From assembly GCA_034780895.1 (NCBI GenBank), contig JAUZTB010000076.1:20135273-20199272 (forward strand): a DNA stretch of 64,000 nucleotides, written 5' to 3'. This stretch comes from Rhynchobatus australiae. Its lineage: Eukaryota. This document shows positions 1 through 14,100 of this stretch, in pieces. A program made the position numbers and the translations under genes. Below the pieces are notes generated by a model. That model saw only the letters and a program-made list of their open reading frames with translations. It made no database searches and was not told the DNA's origin. Each line of letters opens with the position of its first letter. Position 1 is the first letter of the stretch.

Positions 1-924
1 ATCTAATGTCATACATGCTTTTTCTATTTTATGTGATGTTTAACATGTGCCTTTCCTTACATTGTAAATGTTGTTATATTTGACCTTCCCTGTGTAATCT
101 GCTGAATTTTCTTTATCCCTGCATCCAAATGGAACATTGAGTTTTCCTTCTGACTTTTCCAAAAAAATTAATTTTTTGAGTGCAAATTATAATAAGCCAG
201 GAAGAACGTAAACTTTACATTTTTATTTTTGAAAACAGTGGCATTACATAAAAATAATTGAGACAGAGTTGTGTTCAGGTCAAATAGAGTTAGAAAGCAC
301 TTGTGGATGTGGTGTATTTATTCTTATAGTTTGCAGAGGTGTGAAATAGTGCTCTATATTGTCCTTTAGGTTCTGGTTTCATTGAGTGGTAATATGGGAT
401 TGGATTTGGGACTAAATCTCAAGCTATTGGATCTGTCGTGAACTTTGGTTCCTTTCAAGTTACCTGGGTAGTTGTAACATGTTCTTAATAGATTTTCTAT
501 CTTTTTGCTCTCTTTCTTTGGGATCATCTTTGCTCTTCTGTAGCTTTACTGTAGATTAGTGCCTTCTTGAGCAAAACATACGGTGCTTTTCAAACTGAAC
601 TGCCACATAGCAATTTGTTTTTTGCAACCTCAAATTTTTGCTCCTAGGTTGTGGGACTAAATTGGATAGCCCCTGAAAATGGAGATTGAGATCAACATAC
701 ATGATTAATGCATGATTGATGCTTCTCCTGCAGGCAACATGCCAGCTTTGTTCTCACTGATAATTTATACTGAGTCAAGCATATCTCTGCAGTGGTGAAG
801 TATTATGAGTTGGTTTCCATTGCTTAAAGCCAGTCTGATATCCCAAAGCAAAATGAATTGTGGCTACATTAAATGGTATAAGTTATTGAAAACTTGGCCC
901 AAAAAATAATGATACAATGTGGGT

Positions 925-1110
925 TCAAGATTTTCCCTTATTACTCTGGAGGCCTTGGCAGAGGAGGTGGTGATGAGGAGAACATAGCACCAGGAGGCTC
1001 TCCGGATAAACTCTCTGAACACAATGGGACCAGATATCCAAAGCAAGGTCAATGACATTAAATGTCACAGTTAATGAAAGTGTCACCAAATGCCATATCC
1101 ACCACTCACG
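925..1110 (+). mobile_element. PIF/Harbinger Myb/SANT-like ORF remnant (possible)
   Basis: RFSLITLEALAEEVVMRR..QWDQIS resembles the Myb/SANT accessory protein of Harbinger transposons. Degenerate. Confidence 0.4.
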
Positions 1111-1829
1111 TTACAAGCTCCAGGTAGGTCCTGATTGGCAGAGATTGTGCTCAACTCATTGCAGCCTGCTCACAGTGAGCACAATCTCTGCCAATCAGGA
1201 TCTATATCTAATCTTCTTGGGAACTGCTCATGCCATATATAGCTCGCACAGACCCACATATCATTGCTTGTATGTAACTTCAGAAATTCAAAAATAACAG
1301 GTACATCATACACACATATGCTTTGGCATTTACTGACACACTTTCTTACTGGACAACAAGATACCCTACAAGCCAAATGATAGGGACAGGTGCTGCTCCA
1401 TGGCTGTGTGCTGCTGCATGGTCAAGCCCTTGAGGAGACTGCGCTTGTCATTGTTGGAGTGGCCTTTGCTGGGGCTGTGGCCAATTGACAGGCCTGAAAA
1501 ATATTACATTCCTCCCTAATCATCCTCCTCATATTTCACATGCCCAGAAATCTCCTGAATTTCTAGCTGGAGATGGTGTAAACAGGTATGTCTTAATTTC
1601 TCACACTCCTCTTCTTGTATCTTTTCAGAAGGCCAAAGGCTGCACTTTGGCATGACATCTATGTAGGATTAAGTAGGTTGTGAATATGAAACAAAGACAT
1701 CACTCATTTTCAAGCTTGCTGCCATCAGCTCAGGTTGATTTAGAGAATACCCTAGAGGCGAGATGTGCATGTGCTATAACAGCAGGCATGAGTGGCTTGT
1801 ACTCAATATAGGCAGCAGGGGTAGCACAG

Positions 1830-2270
1830 CTGGACTGGAGGTTTTGAGTTATAAGGGGAGATAGGATAGGCTGGGATTTTTTTTCCCTAGAGTGAAGGAG
1901 GCTGAGGGGTGACCTTAGAGTGGTATACAAAATTATGAGGGGCATGGATAGGGTTGATAGTCATAGTTTTTTTTCCCCATAATAGGGGAGTCAAACTAGA
2001 GGCCATTGACTTAAGGTGAGAGGGGAAATACTTAAAGGGAATCTAAGAGGCAAGTTTTTAACACAGAGAGTGGTGAGTATATGGAATGAGCTGCCAGAGG
2101 AAGTGGTTGAGGCTGGTGTAGTTACAATGTTTAAAAGACATTTGGACAGGCAAATAGATGGGAAAGTGATGGGGTTATAAGCCAAATGCAGGCGAATGGG
2201 ATTAACTTTGATAAGCATCTTGGTTGAGTTGGGCTGAAGGGCCTCTTTCTGTGCTATATAATTCTATGGA
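1830..2270 (+). mobile_element. CR1 LINE 3' fragment
   Basis: Remnant of LGFFSLE*RRLRGDL..RGKFLTQRVVSIWNELPEEVVEA plus the 3' tail gggctgaagggcct..ttctatg. Confidence 0.9.
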
Positions 2271-5138
2271 TCTTTGAATCTATGAGCTGCCAGCTCCCCA
2301 CATGGAGAATTACACAGAACTCTGGTGCAGAAGGTTGATAAATAATTCACAGTAAAATGCTTGATACCTTGGTAGGTGTATTGTTAAGTAGCACCAAGTT
2401 CAGAATCATCCTTGTGCAGAGCCCAGAGCCTATCTTTTTGAGGATGGAAGTGCGAGACAACTACATTGTCACATTTGTAGCACCAAGCCAGTATCAGCAT
2501 CTGGTGACCAATCCCCACCTTGTATCGCAGCACAAGCAGAAGTTGCACACGACCAGGCACAATAGGATAGTTCGGTTTTGATCTCGGGATAGTGATCCAG
2601 AGGCTTGGCTCAGAATTTGAATTCATTTAGTTAAGTTTGGAATAAAAGTCTAGCATCAGTGATGACTACGAAACAATTGGTTTGTCTTTAAAGCAGCAAT
2701 TAGCTCACTAGATGGCAGAAGAATGCAGAAGTTCAATTATCTGTTTTCCTCTAATACTACTGAGGGCAGCATTTGTTCTCCCAATTCTTACTAGCCCATT
2801 TGGAAAAATACTGTACTTCAAAGACTCCAAGCTTTAACTCGCTCGAGATAGTCCTCCAAGATGATCTTCATTTGTCTCCACTGAAAGTCAACAGCCTTAA
2901 ACCATGCATCTGTACACAATGGAGTAGTATTGCTGTTGGAGGACAAGGACAGACAAATTCACAAGGGTGATAAGTTGACTTTTAGATGTAATATGCCTTG
3001 CATCTTGAATGGTTTGCAATACAGTGGGTACAGTAACAGAGGATGGTGTGGTCATGTTATGTTGGTGAATGGTGAATTTGAATTGCATTTACTGGTATTG
3101 CAGTCAGATGGACAGTGCAGCCATAAAAGAGCTGTCTAGGTACACCTTCGCCCTCTTCCTCCTTACTCTGCACGATAGCTATTTGTTGTGTAACTGAAGG
3201 CTTAAATCCTCATGCTGGTGTGATAATGTAGTGTACGCAAACTGTAAAGCATCTTGCTACTGCGCATGCTGAGTACTACAGGATCCTCGCAGAGTAGTCA
3301 TAAAAGCATTGCCTGAATTTCACAGGTAGCCTGCTTTCGCAGCAGTGTTTTTTATATGTGTGCTGCTTGCATGTGCACTGGCTGCACACTGGATCATGAA
3401 TAGTTTATTTTATTTGGGAGTAACTGGTTTGTTCGGAAGCCTCAAGTTAGGCCAAAACCCTTTGGCATTGCCATACTTCTCCCCCTTTGTATTCAGCTCT
3501 AAAGAACTCCACAGTGCATAAAACATGTGATTTAGCATTATTAAAACATAATTATAGCAATAGGTAATAAAATTCAAACAGTAATTAACTTGAAAGTAAC
3601 TGTTGATCCTTCTTAAGAAGCCCTGGGGACATTGTGGTGTTAGGTGTGAGACAGACAGGACCAGAGAGCAGGAATTGGTCTTTCCTGTTGTGCAATGCTG
3701 TTTTGCTGTATTGAGATACTGGATAATGGAGTTTTAAGATGCCATTGTTGCGTCAAATCACAGTTGCATGTTGATTGATATTATGATCCTGGCTGCCCTT
3801 CGTACTTCTGGCAGGTGTTAGCTGTACATGTATTAACTCTCCTTTATATGGTATGCTGCAATTGATGTCACAACTCGGCATACCTTTTCGGAGGCCACTT
3901 CACATTTTCAGAAAAGGTCCCTGTTACAGAACAAATTTTTACACTCAAACTCTAGTGCAAGCATTCCTTGGATGGCACTTCATTTGATGGCAAAACTGAG
4001 AAACGACATGAATAATTAAACCTGTAGGTTAACACTTTGATTAGTAGTCACAGAGAATTTTCTTAGTCCTGCTGTATTTGATGCATAGAGCCTCTCAACA
4101 TCACTCCCGNNNNNNNNNNNNNNNNNNNNNNNNNNNNNNNNNNNNNNNNNNNNNNNNNNNNNNNNNNNNNNNNNNNNNNNNNNNNNNNNNNNNNNNNNNN
4201 NNNNNNNNNCCGAGGGTGCAGTTGCAGGGGGTTGTTTCAGTGATTTTAATATAAAATGGAAATAGATTTGTTTATCTGTGGGGGCACTCCGTCATAATAA
4301 AAATTGTAACAAATATGAGAGGCAAAAAAATTAAGTGGCTAGCATTGGACTTGTTGGTCCTAGAAGTCAGTTTTGTTTTAAGCTGCAGCAATAAGTTCAA
4401 CAAATTGTGTTTTATCTGTTACCAATGACAGCTTAATGCAGAGGTCATAGTTAATTCTTTGCAGTGGAAGAGGACTCTAAACCTCATGCAGTGCTTAAAC
4501 AGAATATTTTTCTCTCACTGTTAGCTTCATACTGATAGACATGCTTAATGTGTATTGTAAGAAAATCTGTTTGTTCAGCATTAGTGGAACTTTTCTGAAT
4601 CATTGCATCTCAACACCGTAAAGGTCTCAAATTCTGTGATGACTAGAGCGTTGATTTATGAGATAACTATGTCCATTAGGTGCTTTTATGTGCTAACAAA
4701 TTTTGAATGTTTGATATTTTTGTAGGGTTACGAGTCTACAGTTCCAGAACACACTGTACGTTGATGAACTATTTTGAGAATGTTTAACTGACTTCAACGT
4801 TCTGGGTATAATTAAACATTTTTTTTCTTTTGTTGTCATTCCCTCTACTGGAGAAGGGACATCCTGTTCCCTGGTTGCATTGTGGATTCAACTTGAACTG
4901 CAGCTTGAAATTGGATTTAAAAATATTCACACAATCATTAAGTTGTTTCAAAAGCGTAATTTGATTAAAAAATTGGAATTCTAAATATACCACAAAAAAA
5001 GTGTGAAGGTAATTTTTTCACAGGAATATTCAACTATAGGAATGTTGGTAATAAGAAATCAATAGGAGAAATCTTGTGCCTAAAATTTGATACCTAGTGC
5101 GACTGTGATCATTTGTAAATATATGACTATAAGCATTT

Positions 5139-5460
5139 GGGGGCAGCGTGGTAGCGTAGTGGTTAGCAGGACGCTATTACAGCACCAGCGACCCGGGTTC
5201 GATTCCTGCCGCTGCCTGTAAGGAGTTTGTATGTTCTCCCGTGTCTGCGTGGGTTTCCTCCGGGTGCTCCGGTTTCCTCCCACATTCNNNNNNNNNNNNN
5301 NNNNNNNNNNNNNNNNNNNNNNNNNNNNNNNNNNNNNNNNNNNNNNNNNNNNNNNNNNNNNNNNNNNNNNNNNNNNNNNNNNNNNNNGTTAATTTGGGGT
5401 TTAAAATGGGCAGCGTGGACTTGTTGGGCCGGAAGGGCCTGTTACCATGCTGTAAATAAA
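5139..5460 (+). mobile_element. tRNA-derived V-SINE (HE1-like elasmobranch SINE)
   Basis: Pol III A/B boxes (tagcgtagtgg, ggttcgattcc), V-domain gtgtctgcgtgggtttcctccgggtgctccggtttcctcccaca, CR1-like 3' tail. Spans an N-gap. Confidence 0.9.
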
Positions 5461-8400
5461 ATTTTTTTTAAATTAAAAATTAAATACACATGGACACGCT
5501 TGTCAACCCATAAAACTTGGAAAAGCTGAAGGAATTTCAAAAAGTAGAGATAACCCAAAGAAGTTAACAACTTAAACTTTGCCCAACTGTAAAACTGCTT
5601 TGAATAAAGCCTAATGACCAAAACCTTAGCCACAAAATGACTGAGTAAGTTAAGTAATAGTAAATTTCAAGATTTTTTTATTGGTGATATTCAACAGTTC
5701 TGTTTAATTTCCTGTGAAATTGATTTCCTGTGAATTCCTGGCTGTGGATTTGCTATATGACAACTAATACAAGTGCACTGGGGTTTGAGCTTGTTACTAT
5801 TATTTCAGAATTTCATGGATTTTACATAATATATTTCAGCTTCTACCTTAGTCCATGGGTATGTTCCAATCTGTATTTAACTTTTTGTGTTTCAAGAATT
5901 ATAAGCATAAAGCTTTTTACTTCATAGATTGCTGTCTGTCAAATTCTTGAACTTTATTGGTTTGTTACATAGCCAGCTTGATAGTATCACTATTGCTTGA
6001 TGTCATACATCCTCTGCAGAAGGCAGCAACTGATGTTGGGAGAGGAGAAATTCAAATTAGAGCTTATTGTGTCTTTATAGGCTGAAATCTTTGAGGCTAA
6101 GGCAAGTTACATTGCTTCACCACTGACTTAAGTCTGGCTAATGTCTGATGTTATTTTCAAATAACTATACTGTGCACCCTTGATAGAACATGCCTTGTTA
6201 TAGCCCAGTTTTGGGCATACTGTAGGTACTATTATGTCTCCTATGATGGAAATTTAGGTAATTGTTAGTTTTACCTATAACACAGATAGTTTAGAATGTG
6301 GGTGTTAAAATTGTCCACCAGCACCCACATGTTGATGTTGTACTGTACTTAATATTGATCTAGAAAGGACTAAGTAGAGATATGGTCTTAAAAATAATGA
6401 AAAGACCAAATTGAATTAAGCCTTTAAAGTAATTTTAACTTGAACAACTGACCATAGGATAAGAGAGATCAGGCCCAGATTTTGCAGCAGGTGTTGAAGT
6501 GACAAAATTGGTCTTGAAGAAGTTTGCCTGCAGGGATCCAGGGATATTTCTTTTTGCTTCTGTTCTGATGTTGGTTGCTGTCAAACATAGGATCAAAGAG
6601 ATCGCTGGTGTCCAACAGAAGTATTGTTATCAGGATGGCTGAGCACACAATCACATTTGAAGAATTCCTACAAATGGCAAACAAGAAATACAAGGTTATG
6701 TGATTAGTATTTCAAGCCTTTTATAAACATTGACATATCCACATAAAAGTAAAATAGATATTATTTAAAAAATAATCTTATAAGTGCTTATTAATTTGGA
6801 GTTATAGTCTATGTGCATAAATCCACTGGTCCCAAAAAAACCATTTTGCTGAGCAGTATAACAGTTGTTGGCCATATTTTGTCAATTTGCTTATTTCCCT
6901 TAATAATACCTATGGAGGAGAACTGAGCCAATTAAATTTACCACTAACTTAAATGAACAATTACTTTTTTTGCTGTTATTAAAACAGAAGAATCTGGTTT
7001 ACTGTTTTAAAGTCCCCAAGGCTTGAGTTGGTGTTGAAATTGTAAAAAATAATTTCTCCAAGTGAGAGTAAATTTGATTTTGGGAGAATCTATTTGGCTT
7101 AGGGTGATTTAGCACCTCTTGAAAATAATTTAAATCAATATTTGTTGTGAAGTAGACTTGTAGGTTTTCAGGGCTATTAAGTTTTCTCTTCATTAACAGT
7201 GGAGAAAGGAATTTATTATTTAAGGCATAATCAGAAGGTGGTTTGGAAGGGGTATTCAATGCTACTGGGACATACAGAACCATTGAGGGAATCAATTTTG
7301 TGCCAAACTGCATGGATTTGATTTTTATATTTGTATTTATGATTTATTTTTGGTTAATTTGTGGCATAAGAGCATTGTACCTGTCATTTTTGTCCATCCC
7401 TTAATTGCCCCTGAAGGTGATGGTTGGCCAATGTCTTGAAGTGCTGTAGTCATTTTGGTGAAGGTACTCCCACATTCTTATTAACTTTAGTATTTAAGCT
7501 AATGCTGTTTGCTCAGACTAGTTTTATTCTTCTTGTGACTTTGCTGGTTTTGATAAAACTGGCATTCTTGGTGATTTCAGAGCGCAGTTCAACTGCACCA
7601 GTGCATTTAGAGACTGATTGGATCAGAATGACAGCTTTGCTTCTCTGAATGATGTCAATGAAATTGGTTATTACAACTGTGATTTAATGGCCATCAATTA
7701 ATTACTTAATTAGCTGAATTTAAATATTTCAGCTGCTTCAGTAGGATTTGAATTTGACCTCTGGATTCTTAGTCCAGATGTCTAATTCACTGGTCCAGTA
7801 ATTTACCTTCAGAACTGTTCCAATTGACTTTGGTCTGTTGAACAACTTTCCATAATTCATTTACTTTAATTGTTCCCTCTTAAACTTTAAACCTGCCCTA
7901 GTCTTGAGTGTCATACTCACAGAGCATGCTAAACTTCATTTTGTGATTGTTGTTCAGCAATAATGCTACTTTTCGTCCTTTCAGTATTTCAAGAATTAAT
8001 GGCAAAATGATCACTGCCTCCTTTTGTTTCCTTTTGGACAATGTGTCAAAAAAATATTGATTCCAAATCATTCATCTGATTTTATATATTAGATTGATTT
8101 GAAGTTTCAGAATGACAACTCTCCTGTTCTCTCCTTGCTATCCCTTCAAAGAGCAATGTGTTCTTCTCTTTCAGATGTTATCTAAAGCAGATTCCTATTC
8201 TTAGATTGGATTTTTTTCCATATTTTTTGGTACGCCCAGAGAAGTCTACCCAATGAGCTAATTTTATAATTCTACCATCTCCTGTCCCATCTCACATCAT
8301 CAACTTCATTTACTACTAACAGAACATAGAATAGTACAGCATTGGAACAGTCCCTTTGGCGCACAATGTGCTGACTTAATTAAGCTAATGCTGCCTAATT

Positions 8401-9380
8401 AAACTAATCTCTGCTACCTGCACATGGTCCATATTTCTCCATTTTCTGCATATTTATATATCTTCAAAACTGTTCCAATTGACTTCGGTCTGTTGAGCAA
8501 CCTTCTTTAATTCATATGTGAAGGACTACATCACCTCCTATTTTTGTCCACTTTCTTTTATTTAACACTTCGTATCTCTTAATGTTATTATGATTTTACA
8601 TCCTCAGAGTTGGGCCATATTTCTGATTTTTCTCGCTTCATTGGAGTTCCCTGGTGCTTTTACAGCTTTCAGCTTTGGTCTTAATTTAGTACCGAAAGTA
8701 TGAATCCACTTAGAGCTGTTGATGTTCCAAAAGAAATCTGCAAAATAGGCCCAGATGAAACTTCTTACTTTGCCCCCTACCCCACACATGTAAAATGTCT
8801 TTCTTATACCTTGTGCCAAAGTACAATCTAATTCATTTAATTTTACTCTTTGCTTCGGTAATTCAATACTATGGATCTTGATAGTCCTTTGCTATGGGCT
8901 GTAGATACTGTGCGCTATTATGATGACTTTGAAATGAAGGATAAACTTGGGCAAATCAAATAGAAAAGAAATAATTCTTGATATTGGATGGCCTAACTAG
9001 CACTATGTGGCTGTGTGTGGCTTTGTTTGCTTTAGTAATTCAATACCATGGATCACATATTTGCCATATGTCTAGGTAATAAAAAATTGTTATGCATATC
9101 GAAATTAACCACAAGGGTGGAAAATCCCTCATTTCTGGGTGGTGAGTTAACTTTTGGGTATCATGACCTATACATAGTTTCAGTAGAGCCATGAGACCTG
9201 TAGTATAAATGGGGAAACTTGTTGTACCTCTTTTATGTCATTTAAATTGTTTGGGCTTATTTTACGTAACAAGATCACAGTTATTAATCTAATTATAACT
9301 AATCTGATATTATTATTAACATTACTAATGTTATGCGCGGTTGAATTTTTTTGGGGAAAAAAATTCTTTTGAGGTGGGGG

Positions 9381-9676
9381 TGTTACAGACTAGGATTGTT
9401 ATTGAGGTTCCTTTAAGATTTTGTGTGTGTGTGTGTGTGTGTGGCGTGCTTACATCAACAGAAGGTAAAGAACGTCATGACGTTGTTGTTGAAACAACCA
9501 GNNNNNNNNNNNNNNNNNNNNNNNNNNNNNNNNNNNNNNNNNNNNNNNNNNNNNNNNNNNNNNNNNNNNNNNNNNNNNNNNNNNNNNNNNNNNNNNNNNN
9601 NAAGTAGTTATTAATAAAGTAGTTTTTAACACTTATACATGTCTCGGTGTGTTTCTTTTGTTGCTGGTTCGTAACA
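9381..9676 (+). mobile_element. Solo LTR (TG...CA), same family as 41016-41217
   Basis: TGTTAC...GTAACA termini and AATAAA about 60 nt before the 3' end. Both ends match the reverse complement of 41016-41217. Confidence 0.75.
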
Positions 9677-10599
9677 TTACCTTGATTGCGAGTTAAAGTT
9701 ATCGTTAATGAGATTCATGATGCCTTTGTATTGTAATTTTAGTACTTTTTAAATAAAGTCCAGATTTTCTTGTAAATGCTTTTTGGATATTTGCTAAAAT
9801 AAAATGCTGTTGCAGTTTTAAACAATAATTGAAAGCAACAGAAGCTGACTCATGCTCGCCATATGGATCATTGATTGCTGATAATGGCCTTGATTGGGAG
9901 ATCAGTTTCCTAATGTAATTAGGATACCTTTTTGCAATCAAATGTTTAACGCCATGTTGTAAGTTACTCTTTTGAAGTCTGTTTTTAAGGCACACATATT
10001 GAAATTTGCCTATGTATTCATATTGAGGACATTTCTTTAAATGATAAATATTTATCAGATAGATATTTGAGCCAAGGAGGAAGTAATGTAAGGAGCTAAC
10101 CCAAGTTATTCCCTGTGCTTTTTATTTTGTGGAAATAATTTTTTTTATCATTGATAGTTACAGCTTGCATCATTATCCATTCCTAGGCTGGATGTTATTA
10201 ATACCATTGTAAATAGTGATAATGATCACATTGGCCTTGAAATTCCTTTTGCATCTTTTTTTTAATCGACACTTAAGATAGCATTGTCTCTCCCTAACTT
10301 CGCTTTTAAAAGACCTGTAAAGATTCTGATAATCTAATGCAACGTTTCCAAAACATCAATTTCTGATTTCCCTGGAGTAAAGATGCAGTGTGCCAATTTC
10401 AGTACATTCTATTGTATTCATCTGTGGCAAGATTTTAATGCTGCTGCACCTCAGTCTTGGAGCTGCAACCTTAGGAGGAATCCCTTTAACAGACACACAA
10501 TAGAAGCAGCATTCCTCGGGTGTTGGAGAGTGTTGCTGCTTCAAGAATTGACGCTGTAGTCATGGGGGTGGGGGGAAGCAGATTACTTTGGATCTATAC

Positions 10600-11150
10600 A
10601 GATTGTGGAGAACATTATGTACAACAATCATATTCTTTGTTAAAGGGGGCCATAGAGATCCTATAGGATACCAGGTACTTCTGACAGGAGGTTTCTGGAG
10701 ATAACTTCATCAACACAAATGCAGTCTGAGAATGTCTGCATTTTGTGGAAAGCTGTAATGACAGCAAGTCCCTGTTCTCACTCTGCTTCTTCCTGTGGGA
10801 TGAACAAAAACACAGATGAAGTCTTCAGTGCTTGAATGTGAAACTTTGGTGACCTAATGCAGTAATGAGCAGAAGAAAGTGACAAGTACCATAAATCAGC
10901 AGCCTAGAATGATCCTGAATCTGCGAAGTTGAGAATAACCATCACCTTGACCTCCACAGGCAACACGGTCCAGACAAGTACAGGAACCTGTATTTTGATA
11001 TTACAGAAAGTCATGGATTGCAGTGAGGACTGCCTTGGCAAAATCAAAAGACATGTTCTTAGAAGTCCAGGAGTGAAAATGGGTTCCTGTAAAATCTGGT
11101 TGGATAAAGGTGATAATACCCTTCTATATCTTTTGCCACATGGTTCACTT
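10600..11150 (-). mobile_element. PIF/Harbinger (HARBI1-like) transposase remnant
   Basis: Minus-strand LPVEVKVMVILNFADSGSF..LSSAHYCI matches the Harbinger DDE transposase N-terminal motif. Many stops. Confidence 0.7.
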
Positions 11151-14100
11151 GGCTCTCTGCCTTGTCACTGATGATTATGGGCCATCTTTAAGCTACCTGG
11201 CAAGGGAAGCATTAGGTGTAGTTAGATCCCCACCAGAATTTGGTCAGGAGTGCAGAAAAGTCATTGAAAGTCTAAGGAAGGTTCAGGCTTAAATGTGAGC
11301 AACTTGGATTAAGTAATGAGGCTATAGAGGGCTGTGTTGTAGCCTCGCAAAATTCATTTTGGGTCTTGGCTTTGTAAATAGCTTGGTTTTAGTGGAAACA
11401 GGTGGGTGAACACGAACTGGTGTTTTTCAGACCATTGCAGCTGAAAATTATGTTGGCAATGAATACAGGGTGTTGCACTTACATTGATGCCATTTAGTGA
11501 GTTTTAAAATTGGAATTGTCTCTTATTATTGTCACTTGTACTGAGGTACAGTGGAAAAACTTGTCTTGCATACCATTCATACAGATCAATTCATTGCACA
11601 CTGCATTGAGGTAGTCCAAGGTTAAACAATACTGAATGCAGAATAAAGTGTCACAACTGCTGAGAGGCAGAGCAGGTAGACAATAAGCATAAGTTTCAAT
11701 GTTTTTAATATTAACTAAAATTCTGTAACAATGTTTTTGGTGCTAACTAAAATCATAAGTTGAATCTTTTGCCAGACTCTTAAAAGGCCTGGAAGTGGGG
11801 GCAGTTTTATTGGCCCTAGATGGAGCCCATTTCATCTATGCAGAATGATTGTTTTCTGCAATTTGAGAGGGAATATCTAGGCTGATTCTCTTTATATCTA
11901 TCTTTTTAAAATACTATTTCTCCTTCAGTGGTCCATTTTGTGATCTTANNNNNNNNNNNNNNNNNNNNNNNNNNNNNNNNNNNNNNNNNNNNNNNNNNNN
12001 NNNNNNNNNNNNNNNNNNNNNNNNNNNNNNNNNNNNNNNNNNNNNNNNTCAGTGGTCCATTTTGTGATATTAGCTTTTTAGTCATTTGTTGCTTCGTTCC
12101 TCGTTTCCATCTTCCAGCATTCATTACCAGTGTCACTATATTTGGGAGATGACAGTGGGAAAATAGCTATTACTTATGACTGTTTAGATATGATGGGGTA
12201 CATTTGAAATGAAATGATTAGCATTTAATTATTATTGATCTTGTAAAATAGAGTGATCAAAATAGTTATGCATATAATCACAACTTGGACTTTGGCTGTT
12301 ATATGTGATCATGTACGCGCATAAAATGATTTGCGGGTCCATCAAACCGGTTATAGACTCATGACATCCATAGTATCGTGGCCATCATATACATATGCAT
12401 CAGTTTGCTTAAAGTTATGTTCCATTATTTTCAGCTCTCCTTTTGTTTGGTGTCTTTTTATTCCATGGAATTTGGTTGCACCTGATACCAGTGACGATGA
12501 CCAATGCAATATTCCTACACAAGACCTACAGCATCATCCACTGCCTTTGTCACCTCCATTGATGTATTTCTCAAAAGTCAATTTGTCACTGGAATCTGTG
12601 TTACTGGGTTACAGTAAATACTGCTGTAACATTTAATAATTTTATTGTATTTTACAGTTGAATTAAACTGTTAGACATTTCCTTCAAAGGACTTGATCTG
12701 TATGTGACTAGATTGGTGCAGCTACTTCATCCATAAGATGTTCTATGCAAAAATTGTTTGACAAATTAGTTTCTGCTTCAGTAATAAAAGTTGCTGTTCT
12801 CTTCAGGATGATGATTGATGAAATGTTGGGTTTGCTTTTCATATTATGATTCATGTTAAGAATTGATTAAAAACATAAATAGGATTTTGTTTTTCATCAG
12901 ATCATGCATTTTTGGTATAGCTCTTTCCTCCATTATGGTGCACACTAGTATAGATTGGGAATAAAAGCATGAAAGAATAATTTTATTTTCTCTTTCACAT
13001 TTGTTCTTCGAAATTAACCAATACTATTTGTCCTATAATTTAGCACTTTGTGTAGAAAAATTATATTACTTTTATGGACGGTACAGAGAAAAACAAACTT
13101 TGTATTTCTCACATTTTAAGATACATGTGGCAGTTCTCTCTTCTGTTTCCTTTGGACGTACAGTTGTCTGCATAGAATGAGTATTTCTTCTGTCCCAATG
13201 CACAGTGTTCTTTTCTGTAATCAGATGTTGAGTGAGTACTGTCATCATGTGTCAGTGTTCTGAATGACTACCTTCAAAGAGATTGACAGGAATATCACAA
13301 GAAATGNNNNNNNNNNTCTGTGTGGAACAGGAAAGAGTGCTTGGATCCAGGTGGTGACAGCTCTTAGTATAAACACTTTTGGCCTAATACGTTTTGTACA
13401 TGTATTCCTGGAGTTAAAAGTGTCTGGAGGTAACTTTGTCTGACTGAGCTTTTTTGTTTTTCTCAGTGTGTGTGGTCTGATGACTCCTGTACAAAAAGAA
13501 ATTTGACAAAGGCAATCAGTACCCTTAGATTTATTAATAATTTCAAACATATCAAAATATTATTCTGAAGTTTTTGCATTGCTCAACATCCAAGGGTAGT
13601 TGCGATCCTGTGATCGTGGGAATAAAAATGTTACTTAACTAAATTTTCCAAGTTTGGTAGTGGGTGGAGGTTGGTGGAAGGTGGGAAAGCAGTATGAATT
13701 TTGTTGAGTGTGAGCTGACAGAGGGATTCCAGTAGTTTGAATGAAATTATTGCTGTCCCAGCATCAGTGCCGGTGCTGGGTGTCTGAAATATTTAAAAAA
13801 ATAATTTGCATTTCTTAAGCAGCCTTTGTGTCCTTTTAAGGATGTTCCAAAACACCTCACTGGCTCTAGTGTAGTCACTTTCTGATATCGTAGGAAATGT
13901 TGCAGCTAACTTGTGCACAACAAGATCCCACAAAGAGATAAAATGGCCATTTTAATTAAGATGGGGAGATGAATATTAACTAAGGTACTGGAAAGAACTT
14001 CATTCCTTGAAAGTATTACTATAGGATCTTGTACATGCTTGAGCTTAATCTGAAGGCTGTCACCTGTAACAGAGCAGCACTCCCTCAGTACTTTTACTTT

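Noticed and set aside
6589-6694. Possible exon with EF-hand-like TITFEEFLQM
   Set aside because: Weak splice sites, end phase incompatible with the next ST3GAL3 exon, and no supporting exons.
7811-8515. About 45-bp diverged direct repeat (7811-7860 and 8467-8515)
   Set aside because: Only two copies around a CR1 tail; a local duplication, not an array.
11926-12069. Direct repeat tcagtggtccattttgtgat on both sides of an N-gap
   Set aside because: Typical scaffolding overlap artefact.
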